Below are positions 29,560-40,177 of a stretch of 64,000 nt of DNA, in pieces. This stretch comes from Flavobacteriales bacterium UBA2104 (GTDB lineage Bacteria; Bacteroidota; Bacteroidia; Flavobacteriales_D; Crocinitomicaceae), in contig DCYS01000037.1 in NCBI GenBank assembly GCA_002331485.1, positions 9,171-73,170 on the forward strand, in the 5' to 3' direction. Every line of letters starts with the position of its first letter. Position 1 is the first letter of the stretch. Under the pieces are notes generated by a model, which searched no databases, had not been told where the DNA came from, and saw nothing but the letters and a program-made list of their open reading frames with translations. The translations under genes were made by a program, and so were the position numbers.

Positions 29560-30441
29560 TTAAATTGAATATCCTAGTTTAGAGGAGGTATCTCCACAAA
29601 TAGACCTTACCTTTTCTTTGTCAGCTTCAGCCCATTCTTCGAACTTTTTAAACTTAGCAGTTTTTTGAACGTTTACTCGCGCATTTCTTCTTTTTTGAAT
29701 TAAACCTTCAGAAATCGAAGCACCGCAAAACTGAAACATTTCAGATAAATTAGTACTGTTCCATTTATTAAAGGATAATGTGAACTGTTGATTCGAAGGT
29801 ACCGTTTCGAGAAAATTAAGGATCCATTTATTTGTCTCATTCCACAACCAGGAATTTTTTTGAATTAAATCATATTCAGACCATTTATCAAAGTGAAAAT
29901 CACCTTGATCTGGTTTGATCCTATTTAGTTCAGAAGAGTTCTCTGCATCGTACCAGTCTCTTTCCATACCAGACTTGATAACCTGTCCAGGGTTACGATG
30001 TAAATGAACAAATTTCGCTTTGGGAAAAATATCTCTTATGACTTCTGCAAAAAAGGTTTGTCTACTATCTGTGAAGATTAAATTCTTGTTCACTTTCAAA
30101 GCCTGGTTGAATAACTCCTCTCTTCCTCCTAAGAACATTTCTCTTAACAACTGTTTCTCACTATTGCTAGCTTTGTTGAAATCATAATTATAGCAGATTC
30201 TCGCTTGACTTCTCATCACAGGTATTGGATGATGCAGAGACACAACAGATTCATCAGTTGAAATGATCTCATCAATCCATTTTGTCCCACATCTACCAGT
30301 AGAAAGAATGAAAACAGGAGTCATGTCTTCAAAAGATCTTCTTGTCTCAAATAAATCAACGTTTTTTTGCTTCTTACCAAATATTCTTCTTAAAAATAAA
30401 TGGTGATATGACAGAGGAGAAATAAGATTTATCAATTTCAT
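29560..30441 (-). CDS. PAPS-dependent sulfotransferase-domain protein
   Basis: 5'-PSB-like loop ILSTGRCGTKWI and 3'-PB-like motif VHLHRNPGQVIKS. Confidence 0.75.
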   Translation of the reverse strand: MKLINLISPLSYHHLFLRRIFGKKQKNVDLFETRRSFEDMTPVFILSTGRCGTKWIDEIISTDESVVSLHHPIPVMRSQARICYNYDFNKASNSEKQLLREMFLGGREELFNQALKVNKNLIFTDSRQTFFAEVIRDIFPKAKFVHLHRNPGQVIKSGMERDWYDAENSSELNRIKPDQGDFHFDKWSEYDLIQKNSWLWNETNKWILNFLETVPSNQQFTLSFNKWNSTNLSEMFQFCGASISEGLIQKRRNARVNVQKTAKFKKFEEWAEADKEKVRSICGDTSSKLGYSI

Positions 30442-30454
30442 TTTATTATTGTTA

Positions 30455-31174
30455 TCACCGTATCAAATTTAATATTCGATCAGATATTTCTTTGTGACCA
30501 TCATAATTGTAATGAACACCATCGGGGAAATGGTCTTTAGAGTTTAGATCCCTTACATCTACAAAATCAATGCTCCTTTCTTCTGATATTTTTCTGAGTA
30601 TATCGTTATACACTTTGTAGTTACTTATCGTACCAGGAAGTTTCTTTTCAATACGCTCATTTCCTGAATTTATACCTAGAATTATGATCTTCGAGCAAGT
30701 ATCCTTATTAATATGATCTAAAATCTCATTTATGTCCCTCTCAAATTTCTTTTTACTTGTCCATGCACGTTTTCCTCTCAATTTAACTATAAATGGTCTT
30801 AAGACACCTTTAAATAGTGCACCATGCAGAAGATTAAACAGATGATATGATACTTTCCCTTTCTTTTTAACGGATATCAAATCAGAATACCACAAGGGAA
30901 TTTCTCGAGTTGGGGCATCAACTGCTCCAAGATTCAAGATAACTACCGAAGCACCGGATGAACTGATATCATCCTTTAGCCTTAGAATATCTCTGGTTAT
31001 AGCTCGTGTAAATCCTTTATTTTCAACAATCCATAATGAATCATCTGATTCATCCTTATTCAAATAAGTCTCGATAAGACTAGCATAATTGAAGTTATAA
31101 GACCTTTCCCTTCTGGGAGGCCTTACCCTCAGGGCAACAGAAGATCCAACAATTAATACTCTTCTTATCTGCAT
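30455..31174 (-). CDS. SGNH/GDSL hydrolase-family protein
   Basis: Block I IVGSSV, NKG, block III LNLGAVD and block V DGVHYN. Confidence 0.78.
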   Translation of the reverse strand: MQIRRVLIVGSSVALRVRPPRRERSYNFNYASLIETYLNKDESDDSLWIVENKGFTRAITRDILRLKDDISSSGASVVILNLGAVDAPTREIPLWYSDLISVKKKGKVSYHLFNLLHGALFKGVLRPFIVKLRGKRAWTSKKKFERDINEILDHINKDTCSKIIILGINSGNERIEKKLPGTISNYKVYNDILRKISEERSIDFVDVRDLNSKDHFPDGVHYNYDGHKEISDRILNLIR

Positions 31175-31225
31175 ATTTCTCTATAAAAAGTCATGAATAA
31201 ATCAGAGAATTTAATCACTTAAAAA

Positions 31226-34180
31226 TTAGTCTTCCTTACTTGCAAGAATAAAATCCTTCACAAAGAAAACTAAGGCAATCAATAGAATTAATATCGACCC
31301 AACTAGAGATATCGTATTCGCCTGATGATATTTCGGTTCTTCAAATTTCATAACTAATTCATAATTACCTTTTGGCAACTCTATACCTCTCAGCAAATAA
31401 TTCACTCGATTGATTGGCACTTCCTCTCCATTAATATATGCTTTCCAACCATCTGGGTAGTAGATTTCAGAAAAGACAGCGAACTGATTATCCGTAACAT
31501 TAACATCGTACTTGAGTTTATTCGGCGCGTAGGATGTCAATTCAATATTACCTTCAGCTGAAAAAGTTAAAGAAGACATCCCTTTTGATTCTTCATCTCC
31601 GATAACGGCTTCATCTCGAGGCGAAAAATCATGAACTTTTCTCACTTCCAATAATTTCTTAAAGCTATTAGTGGTATCTTTTTTCAGTTGTTCCAATGGA
31701 ATCCAGTTGCGTTGACCATTTATATCCTCAGCGTATATAACATCTACTCCAGACCTTTTTACTTGAGATAGGTCAATACTAAGTGAATCAGGTCTTAACA
31801 GAAACACGTTCTCTCTTCCTGAAAGAGTATCTAGGCTCTTTTCATTACCATTCACTACAAGTTTTGAATCCGATAAATTTTCGATCTGATATAGATTACC
31901 CAAAGCTAATAATTCATCATTTGGATGCTCTTCTACCATTAATTCCTTAACTAACCAAGCATTTCCTAATGCTCCGGGATTCGTTCGTGCTGAATTTTGT
32001 TGAATAAAATATTTTACGTTCAACATATTGAGCACATCCATATTACCTTCACCAATATGAAAATTCATCAAGTTCTGAATTCTTCTCAGTTTTGCTCCAT
32101 GATATCCATTTAGTGATTTATGGAAATAGGATGACCTAGAACTATTAAATCCTCCTCTTGGTTCATAGACACGATAATTCGTGTTCATATTTAATATCTG
32201 AAACTTTTTTAACCATAATTCATCCTGGTTAATTCTCGATCGTGGACCAGAGCTCACCATGCTTCTAGCTTTATCAACTTCTGACTTAAGTTCTGGATTC
32301 TTTTCAAGCTCTTGAGCCAATATTTCTTTGTCAGCTTTTGTTGGTGATAAAGGGAAGTCAAACTTGGACTCCGGAACCCAATACTCGTAATTTGTTCGAC
32401 CTGTTTTCTCATTATTCAGGTAGTTTAGATCAACCATGATGAGATCGATCAAAACCAGCCCTGATAATCCAATTATCAAAACTTCTTTAGGTACTTTTAA
32501 ATAAATATATACAAGGATAAGACCTATGCCCAGAAATAAAAATAGAATAGATCTCAACATACTTTGTCTGTAAATCTTTTCTCGAACTACAGTTAAAGCG
32601 CCGAATTGCTTATCTACTCTCTCAACTTGTTGCGCAACTAATTGATCAACCTGCTGTGGGTTATTAATATCAATACCATTCTGCTGAAGACGCTGAGGAT
32701 CCTCATTCATTATCTGTTGGCGAACCTGAGATTCATAATTATAGATAAAATCTTGTTCTCTTGGTGATAAATATCCATCGCCTAACCCAGAAAAAGTTAA
32801 AATGAATAATAGCACAACTAAGGACCCTGAACCAACGAAAAAGGGTTTGATGTTTTCCTTGATTGCCTCACGTTCTTTTATCAGTTTACTCAAGAATAAA
32901 ACGCCCAACAGCGGTATGATCAATTCAACGACCGCCAAAATAATTGTTACTGCTCTGAACTTGTTATAACCTGGAACATATTCAATAAAGAACTCAGTAA
33001 GACCCATGAAGTTTTTTCCCCAGGAAAGCATCAGCATTAATATGGTCACCAAAGCTAATCCCCACTTCAGAGGGCCCTTTAAGTAGATCATACCTAGAAC
33101 TGCCAAAAAGAAAACAATGATCCCAACATAAACCGGTCCCGACACAAAAGGTTGGGCACCCCAGTAAACGTCATTTTCCGCGACTAAACTGGCTTCCCTG
33201 CGAATATCAGGATCTCTTAAAACGTCTGAGAATTGAGAAGACTTGATCGCACCATTAGACCCACCTTTTACATAAGGCGATACTAAAGTCATAGACTCTC
33301 CTATCCCATAGCTCCATTGAGTAATATAATCTTTATCCAATCCGCTAGTCGAATTCCTCTCTGATGAAGTGCCATCCACATTGATCGTGATATCGTTCCC
33401 TCCCCTTATTGTGTGCTTAGCATAATCATTTGTAAGCGATATATTTCCATAATTTATAGCTGCAACTATGATGTAAGAAACTATTATTCCGATAGTTGCC
33501 TTCAAAAAGTGAGACCAGTTTTTGCTTTTGATAACTCTGATGAGCTCAACAACTCCTAATCCTAAAAGAAGGATCGCCAAATAATATGTGATCTGAAAAT
33601 GATTTGAAGTCAAATGTAATCCCATGAATAAAGCCGAAAGAATGAGTCCCCATTTCAGATTATATCTGTACGCCATATAGAACGCTCCTATTACGGGAGC
33701 CATTAATGCAATAGCCTCGGCTTTCGAATTGTGACCAGCTTGAAGAATTATTACATAATAGGATGAAAAAGCGAAAGCTAATGAACCAAATATTGCAACC
33801 ATCGGTTTGACTCGCATACAAAGAAGCATAATGTAAAAACCGATCATATAAAGAATGAAAAGACCCGCTGGGGACTTCATACCAAAATTCAAGAATCTAA
33901 CGATCTCATCCAACAAGTTCCCTTTATAATCAACGGAGATTTGATAGGCCGGCATTCCTCCAAACATTGAATTCGTCCACAAAGGTTCTTCTCCAGTCGT
34001 TTCTCTGAAATGAACGATTTCATTCGACATACCTTTATACTGCTCAATATCATGTTGTTTCAATCGATAACCATCAAACTGTGGCTTAAAATAAATTAAG
34101 GTAATTATGAAGAAAAGACCTATAGCTAAAAAGTGAATCCAATTCTTAGCAAAAAAAGACTTTAAGTTAAACTTGGCCAT
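31226..34180 (-). CDS. YfhO-family polytopic membrane protein (putative GT-C glycosyltransferase)
   Basis: QHDIEQYKGMSNE, WTNSMFGGMPAYQI, AGHNSK, HFQITYY, PGYNKFRA, GYHGAKLRR and FSEIYYPDGWKA. Confidence 0.88.
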   Translation of the reverse strand: MAKFNLKSFFAKNWIHFLAIGLFFIITLIYFKPQFDGYRLKQHDIEQYKGMSNEIVHFRETTGEEPLWTNSMFGGMPAYQISVDYKGNLLDEIVRFLNFGMKSPAGLFILYMIGFYIMLLCMRVKPMVAIFGSLAFAFSSYYVIILQAGHNSKAEAIALMAPVIGAFYMAYRYNLKWGLILSALFMGLHLTSNHFQITYYLAILLLGLGVVELIRVIKSKNWSHFLKATIGIIVSYIIVAAINYGNISLTNDYAKHTIRGGNDITINVDGTSSERNSTSGLDKDYITQWSYGIGESMTLVSPYVKGGSNGAIKSSQFSDVLRDPDIRREASLVAENDVYWGAQPFVSGPVYVGIIVFFLAVLGMIYLKGPLKWGLALVTILMLMLSWGKNFMGLTEFFIEYVPGYNKFRAVTIILAVVELIIPLLGVLFLSKLIKEREAIKENIKPFFVGSGSLVVLLFILTFSGLGDGYLSPREQDFIYNYESQVRQQIMNEDPQRLQQNGIDINNPQQVDQLVAQQVERVDKQFGALTVVREKIYRQSMLRSILFLFLGIGLILVYIYLKVPKEVLIIGLSGLVLIDLIMVDLNYLNNEKTGRTNYEYWVPESKFDFPLSPTKADKEILAQELEKNPELKSEVDKARSMVSSGPRSRINQDELWLKKFQILNMNTNYRVYEPRGGFNSSRSSYFHKSLNGYHGAKLRRIQNLMNFHIGEGNMDVLNMLNVKYFIQQNSARTNPGALGNAWLVKELMVEEHPNDELLALGNLYQIENLSDSKLVVNGNEKSLDTLSGRENVFLLRPDSLSIDLSQVKRSGVDVIYAEDINGQRNWIPLEQLKKDTTNSFKKLLEVRKVHDFSPRDEAVIGDEESKGMSSLTFSAEGNIELTSYAPNKLKYDVNVTDNQFAVFSEIYYPDGWKAYINGEEVPINRVNYLLRGIELPKGNYELVMKFEEPKYHQANTISLVGSILILLIALVFFVKDFILASKED

Positions 34181-34263
34181 AAAATTCGATTATTTATAAA
34201 ATAAAAGCATGAAGATAATAAAAGTGATGCACTAGCATATGAATCAAAAAGAATTATTCCAAG

Positions 34264-34845
34264 TCAACCGTGCATAGTCTCTTTTTTACCATACTTTTCC
34301 ATAAGACCTGCCTCATACTCCAAAAACTCTTTCCATCGTCTATCTACGTCAATTTTCTTTGCGTATTTCTTTGCAAAATTTAAGAACATCGTGTAGTGTC
34401 GAGCTTCACTCTCCATTAATTCCCTGTAAAAAATGCGAAGCTCAGAATCTGAAATATTTTCTGATAGCAATCTAAAACGTTCACAGCTTCTTGCCTCCAC
34501 CATTGCACCAAATAACATGCGTTCTACAAAACGTTGTTCTTCGCTTCCACCCTTCTGGATATAACCAAGCAGGTCATGGATATACTCATCCTTGCGCTCC
34601 CTCCCTAATTTAAGTCCTCTTTTTTGAAGTTCTTTGTGAACCATTTGAAAATGTTCCATTTCCTCCTTTACGAGCTCCCCCATCGCCTCCACAACATCTG
34701 TATATTGCGGAAACTTTACTATAATAGAAATCGCATTCGAGGCAGCTTTTTGCTCACAATAAGCGTGATCTGTTAAAATTTCCTCTATGTTTTTTTCGAC
34801 GATATCAACCCATCTAGGATCTGTTGGTAGCTTTAAACCGAGCAT
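34264..34845 (-). CDS. miaE: tRNA-(ms2io6A)-hydroxylase MiaE-like di-iron protein
   Basis: MLGLKLPTDPRW, DHAYCEQKAAS, EEMEHF, VEARSCERF and SEARHY. The start is placed at MLGLK (34845). Confidence 0.9.
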   Translation of the reverse strand: MLGLKLPTDPRWVDIVEKNIEEILTDHAYCEQKAASNAISIIVKFPQYTDVVEAMGELVKEEMEHFQMVHKELQKRGLKLGRERKDEYIHDLLGYIQKGGSEEQRFVERMLFGAMVEARSCERFRLLSENISDSELRIFYRELMESEARHYTMFLNFAKKYAKKIDVDRRWKEFLEYEAGLMEKYGKKETMHG

Positions 34846-35026
34846 TGTAGTAATTTTTAGTGACAAAAATAGTGTTTATCTTAAATTGCTTCTCAATGTT
34901 TTTCAGTAACATTAGTTTCAAACTTTTCATATGATCAAAACATGAATTCATCAACGTTTTTTTTAGGTTAATCTTATAAATTATGTAATTTTGATTAGTG
35001 TTATTTTTCACAAATTACATTGTGTT

Positions 35027-36973
35027 ATGAAAAAATTATTGCTTGTTTTCTTTCTATCCCTGTCTGGATTGACATATAGTCAATTGGTTCAGATTTGGAA
35101 TAACGACTTTGATACACCCTCGGATTGGGACCTAACTATTCAAACAGGGCAAAATGACTCTGATGCGAACGTTTGGGTAATCAGTGACGAAGAAGGTGGT
35201 GAGACCCCTCCAAATTGTGGTGTAGCTAGCAATGGGGATCCTACATTGCACGTATCATGTCAAGGTGCAGTTTGCATTGGAACCGGAGCTATTTACAACG
35301 CTGGAGATAACGGTTTAGGATTTGCTCCTTCAACGACGAATAAAAGAGCTGCGTTGACTGTACCCATTTCTACTGTTGGTGAAACAGGATTAGAACTTGT
35401 TTTTGACTGGATTGGTGTCGGTCAAGCTGGAGCTGATTTTGCAGAGCTAGAATATAGTACAGATGGTGGTACAAGTTGGAATGTTGTTTGGACACAAACA
35501 CCTGGCAACGTTTGTGGTGGAGGTCAAGGAGAATGGGCAGAACAAACAGTTGCTTTACCTGTTGCAGCGGAAAATCAGGCTGATCTTAGATTTGCTTTTC
35601 ACTGGAGAAACGACAATGATGGTTCCGGAACTGATCCATCTTTCGCTGTAAATAACTTAAGATTATTTGCCGATGATAATGGAGGTGCAGGACCAACTGC
35701 TGACTTTACAGCTTCAAGCTATGATTTTTGTGAAGGAGACTGCATTGATCTAACAGATGCATCTACTGGCAATGGAATTACATCATGGAGCTGGACATTC
35801 AACGGTGCTTCCACTGCTTCTTCTACAGACCAAAACCCTACAAACATCTGTTACCCTACCGCCGGTACATATGATATTATTCTTGAAGTAACAGATGCTG
35901 ATGGTACAGATCAGATCACACAATCTGTCAACGTAACCACTTGTGGTGGTGGACCTACTGCAGCCTTTACTCCTAGTTCTACGAACTTGTGCGAAGGTGA
36001 TTGTATTAGTTTCACAGATAACTCAACGGGGAATGGTATCACATCATGGAATTGGACATTTAATGGAGCCTCAACTGCTTCTTCAACTGATCAAAACCCT
36101 ACAAATATTTGTTTTCCAACGGCTGGAACTTATGATGTAACTTTAGAGGTGACTGATGCAGATGGAACAAACCAAACCACTCAATCGATTACGGTAACGA
36201 CTTGTTCTGGCAATCCACCAACTGCCGCATTTACAATAGACACCAATTTGATCTGTGCAGGAGATTGTATATCATTTACAGACCAATCAACGGGCGACCC
36301 AGACACCTGGAGCTGGACTTTCCAAGGAGGAACTCCAAATGCTTCTTCAGATCAAAACCCATCAAATATTTGCTTTGACACACCTGGATCTTATCAAATT
36401 ACGTTGACAGTTACTAACGACGGAGGATCTGATCAAACACTAACAACGATCGATGTATTAGATCTACCCGAGATCGAAGGGTTCGGAGATACGTTAATAG
36501 AGATTGGTGGATCAGCAGAACTTGAAGCGGTTCCTGCAAATCCAGGATTTATTTTCTGGGAACCTGGAGAAAGCCTAGACTGTGATACTTGCGCAAATGT
36601 TATCGCAAGCCCTGTTATCACGACAACTTATTTCCCTCAAGTTATTGGAGCGAATGGTTGTATTGGTAGAGACACTGTTATAGTTGCAGTCGATTTTGAA
36701 GAGATCGTAGAAGTACCTTCTGCTTTCTCTCCTAATAATGATGGAGTCAACGATTTCTTACATGTATTGGGAGTTGGTATCGTAAATATGGAATTCAGAA
36801 TCTATAACAGATTTGGTCAATTGGTATTCGAGTCCACAGAAGTAGAAGATGGATGGGATGGTACTCTTAACGGTGAACCACTCAATCAGGGGTTGTTCGT
36901 TTATACCTTAACTTACGATCTTGTTAATGGAGCAAGTGGTGAAAAAAGTGGAAACATAACCTTAGTTAAATAA
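35027..36973 (+). CDS. PKD-repeat protein with T9SS type-B C-terminal domain
   Basis: Signal peptide MKKLLLVFF; three tandem PKD units (PTADFT/PTAAFT...WSWTF...QNP); CTD EVPSAFSPNNDGVNDF...IYNRFGQLVF...WDG. Confidence 0.92.
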   Translation: MKKLLLVFFLSLSGLTYSQLVQIWNNDFDTPSDWDLTIQTGQNDSDANVWVISDEEGGETPPNCGVASNGDPTLHVSCQGAVCIGTGAIYNAGDNGLGFAPSTTNKRAALTVPISTVGETGLELVFDWIGVGQAGADFAELEYSTDGGTSWNVVWTQTPGNVCGGGQGEWAEQTVALPVAAENQADLRFAFHWRNDNDGSGTDPSFAVNNLRLFADDNGGAGPTADFTASSYDFCEGDCIDLTDASTGNGITSWSWTFNGASTASSTDQNPTNICYPTAGTYDIILEVTDADGTDQITQSVNVTTCGGGPTAAFTPSSTNLCEGDCISFTDNSTGNGITSWNWTFNGASTASSTDQNPTNICFPTAGTYDVTLEVTDADGTNQTTQSITVTTCSGNPPTAAFTIDTNLICAGDCISFTDQSTGDPDTWSWTFQGGTPNASSDQNPSNICFDTPGSYQITLTVTNDGGSDQTLTTIDVLDLPEIEGFGDTLIEIGGSAELEAVPANPGFIFWEPGESLDCDTCANVIASPVITTTYFPQVIGANGCIGRDTVIVAVDFEEIVEVPSAFSPNNDGVNDFLHVLGVGIVNMEFRIYNRFGQLVFESTEVEDGWDGTLNGEPLNQGLFVYTLTYDLVNGASGEKSGNITLVK

Positions 36974-36981
36974 ACTGTAGT

Positions 36982-37983
36982 ATGAAGTTAACAATTTTAG
37001 CAGCTGCGTTCACTATCGCAATTACTGGTTTTGCCCAGCAAGGAAGGAACTTCAGCATGTGGTTTCATAATAATATGCAACACAATCCTGCCGCTGTTGC
37101 TACAAACAACAACGACATGCAGTTGTTCACGAACTTTCGATACCAGTACTTTACTGTCACTGATAAACCTTTTCAAACGATTTCAGGAAGTATAGAAGGA
37201 AAACTTTTTAGAGGTAAAACACGGAACGGTTATCTAGGAGTTGGTGGTGCTTTCATGAATGACATGAGTGGTGACTCCAGATATTCTAATACTCAGGTTT
37301 CTATTCCAATAGCTTATCATCTGGCGTTTAATGAACGAAACTTTTTCTCTATCGGTGTTTCACCAGGTTTATACCAAAGAACTCTTTCACCAGGCAATTT
37401 GACATGGGAAAGCCAATGGAATGGTTATGAATTTGTTGAAGGAGCTCCAGGCGAAGGAATTGCAAACGCTAATGTTTCAAATTTCGATCTGGGTGCGGGA
37501 CTTTTTTATCAGTATAGAAAAGACAATACAAAACGAATTTATTTAGGTTTTTCTACTCAACATATCTTGGAACCTAACTTAGATTTCAACATAACAGATA
37601 ATTTGTACAGAAGATTCACAGGTCAGATTGGAGCAAATTATCGCCTTGGAAATAGTAGATTCGGTATTTCTCCTCAGGTCCTTGCTATGTTCCAGGGGCC
37701 AAACAGAAACATAATGGTTGGATCAAACTTTGACTTTTATTTACAAGATCCATCCCTAAGAACGATATTCTTTAGACCTCAGATCTTCTCTTTCGGCATC
37801 TACCATAGGTACATGGACGCAGTGGTTGTTAATTTTCAATATACATTCAATGGTTTAACTATTGCACTTTCCTATGATTCAAATATCAATACTATGTTGC
37901 CTGCGTCAAAGACAGTTGGTGCAGCAGAACTTGTTTTAAAGTATGATATGATCTTAAACAAAAAGGGTAAATTCATTTACTAA
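36982..37983 (+). CDS. PorP/SprF family T9SS membrane protein
   Basis: FSMWFHNNMQHNPA, RYQY, GVGGAFMND, beta-barrel-like alternation, SYDSN...ELVLKY; directly follows a type-B CTD gene. Confidence 0.85.
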   Translation: MKLTILAAAFTIAITGFAQQGRNFSMWFHNNMQHNPAAVATNNNDMQLFTNFRYQYFTVTDKPFQTISGSIEGKLFRGKTRNGYLGVGGAFMNDMSGDSRYSNTQVSIPIAYHLAFNERNFFSIGVSPGLYQRTLSPGNLTWESQWNGYEFVEGAPGEGIANANVSNFDLGAGLFYQYRKDNTKRIYLGFSTQHILEPNLDFNITDNLYRRFTGQIGANYRLGNSRFGISPQVLAMFQGPNRNIMVGSNFDFYLQDPSLRTIFFRPQIFSFGIYHRYMDAVVVNFQYTFNGLTIALSYDSNINTMLPASKTVGAAELVLKYDMILNKKGKFIY

Positions 37984-38592
37984 TTGAATTATCTAGGTCA
38001 TTTATTCTTCTCCAACGGCGATCATCAACTAATGATGGCAAACTTATTTGGGGATTTTGTTAAAGGAAAAGACTATACAGACCTTCCAGATATCATTCAA
38101 AAAGGTGTTAAGCTTCATCGCGAGATTGATGATTTTATTGATCATCATCCTGAGATAACCAAATTACGTATCCATCTTTACGCTAAATTACCTAAGATCG
38201 CGGGTATTGCTATTGATCTATACATGGATCACATCTTGGCGAAAAAATGGAATAATTACTCATCTGTTGATCTTGAAAGTTTTGTAAATGGATTTTTTGA
38301 GTTCGCATTGAATCCTGAAAATCAATTCATCAGAGAGCGAAACAAAGTATATCGGTATCCTAAAAGGTACCTTGATCTCTTGCAGCTAATGAATGAACGA
38401 AATTGGATCTTGAGGTATAGACAAATGGAAGGACTTAAAATGGCCTCTTCAGGTCTAAGCAAAAGAATCTCTTTTCAGAACGAACTTCATTTAGCGCCAA
38501 AAGTTTTCATTGAAGAAGAAAAGCTTATTCAGTCTGTATTTGAACGCTTTATGACTGATGCGCAACATTATTTCGACAACTATGTTAGATAA
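37984..38592 (+). CDS. acpH: ACP phosphodiesterase (AcpH/DUF479 family)
   Basis: MNYLGHLFFS, ANLFGDFVKG, GVKLHREIDDFID and DLYMDHILAKKW; TTG start abuts the porP stop. Confidence 0.85.
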   Translation: MNYLGHLFFSNGDHQLMMANLFGDFVKGKDYTDLPDIIQKGVKLHREIDDFIDHHPEITKLRIHLYAKLPKIAGIAIDLYMDHILAKKWNNYSSVDLESFVNGFFEFALNPENQFIRERNKVYRYPKRYLDLLQLMNERNWILRYRQMEGLKMASSGLSKRISFQNELHLAPKVFIEEEKLIQSVFERFMTDAQHYFDNYVR

Positions 38593-38667
38593 AAGAAAGT
38601 ACGAAGTGACGATCCTATTTATTTCCTTCGCATTTTTTTTGTATATTATACCCTATATACCTAAATA

Positions 38668-40128
38668 TTGATAGACAAATTCTTATCATATAAACTTTCA
38701 TTATCTGCGATATTAATAGCTGTCGTTGTTTTTTCTGCATGTCAAAATACATCTAGAAAAGAAAAAACAGTGGTTGGTCAAGCTACTGAAGAAAAGCATG
38801 ATGACCTGAAAGAAATTTTAGCTCAAAATAAATTGACTGTTCTAGCTGAAAATAGTGCGAACAGCTATTTTATCTATCGCGGACAAAAAATGGGGCTTGA
38901 ATATGAGATTCTCAAAGAGTTTGCTCGTTCTTTAGGTGTTAAGTTAGAAGTTAAGATCGTTAAGAACCTTGACAACATAATCAACGAACTGAATGATGGT
39001 AAAGGTGACATAATCGCTTGTAATTTCACAGTTACTAAAGAAAGAAGAAAGCAAATTGATTTTTCAAAAACTTTTATGAGAACTTCTCAGGTTTTAATCC
39101 AACGAAAACCCGAAGAGTGGCGAAAAATGAGAAGAAAAGAATGGAAAAGTGAGTTAATCACCGACCCTGTTCAACTTGCTCAAAAAACTGTTCATGTATG
39201 GAAAAACTCAAGCTACTACGAAAGACTCACAAATCTTCAGAATGAATTAGGCGACACAATATTTTTAGAACCCTTAGATGGTGATATTATTCCTGAGGAT
39301 GTTATAGAAATGGTAGACAAAGGATTCATAGATTATACAGTAACCGATAAAAATGTAGCTCTAATCAATCAAAGGTTCTACCCTAACATAGATGCGAGTC
39401 TAGAATTAAGTGTAAAACAAAAGATCGCTTTTGGTCTTCGTAAAGGAAGTCCGTTGTTACGAAAAAAATTAGATAATTGGTTAGATAAATTCTTAAAGAC
39501 CGCAACATACAAGTATATCAAACATAAATACCTGAATATGTCGAGATTCTCTGGTAAATCGAAAGGGAACTATTCTTCGATCAATGGTAACGATATATCA
39601 CAGTATGATGACTTGATCAAGAAATATGCAAACCAGGCTGGTTGGGATTGGAGACTACTAGCATCACTAATTTACCAAGAGTCTAAATTCAGGCTACATC
39701 AGGAATCTTGGGCTGGAGCTTATGGACTAATGCAATTTATGCCATCAGTAGGTCCTAGTTACGGTGTTTATCCAGATTCACCTCCAGAAATACAGATCAA
39801 AGGAGGTGTGAAAAAATTAAGAGACGATATCAAGGCATGGAAGAGTATTCCTGATAGTATTCAGTGTATTAAGTTCACTCTGGCGACATATAATGCCGGA
39901 TTAGGTCATGTTTTAGATGCTCAGCGATTAGCAAAAAAGAACGGGAAAGATCCTTTGGTTTGGGATGATAACGTAGAGACATATATTAAGCTCTTGTCTC
40001 AACCAAAGTATTATCATGACCCAGTTTGTTACTACGGATATCTGCGTGGATCAGAAACATACAATTACGTTCGAGAGATATTCATCAGATATAATGAATA
40101 TAAAACGGCGTTCGAATTGGAATCATAA
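38668..40128 (+). CDS. mltF: MltF-family lytic transglycosylase (substrate-binding domain + SLT)
   Basis: YFIYRGQKMGLEYE; SLT motifs LIYQESKF, GAYGLMQFMP, LATYNAGLGHV and ETYNYV. Confidence 0.88.
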   Translation: MIDKFLSYKLSLSAILIAVVVFSACQNTSRKEKTVVGQATEEKHDDLKEILAQNKLTVLAENSANSYFIYRGQKMGLEYEILKEFARSLGVKLEVKIVKNLDNIINELNDGKGDIIACNFTVTKERRKQIDFSKTFMRTSQVLIQRKPEEWRKMRRKEWKSELITDPVQLAQKTVHVWKNSSYYERLTNLQNELGDTIFLEPLDGDIIPEDVIEMVDKGFIDYTVTDKNVALINQRFYPNIDASLELSVKQKIAFGLRKGSPLLRKKLDNWLDKFLKTATYKYIKHKYLNMSRFSGKSKGNYSSINGNDISQYDDLIKKYANQAGWDWRLLASLIYQESKFRLHQESWAGAYGLMQFMPSVGPSYGVYPDSPPEIQIKGGVKKLRDDIKAWKSIPDSIQCIKFTLATYNAGLGHVLDAQRLAKKNGKDPLVWDDNVETYIKLLSQPKYYHDPVCYYGYLRGSETYNYVREIFIRYNEYKTAFELES

Positions 40129-40131
40129 AAA

Positions 40132-40160
40132 AAGGCCAGTTTTTCAACTAGCCTTCTTTT
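40132..40160. terminator. Probable bidirectional terminator
   Basis: AAGGCCAGTT-TTTC-AACTAGCCTT stem (one mismatch), flanked by A and T runs, between convergent genes. Confidence 0.6.
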
Positions 40161-40177
40161 TGCTCTAATTAAAGATA

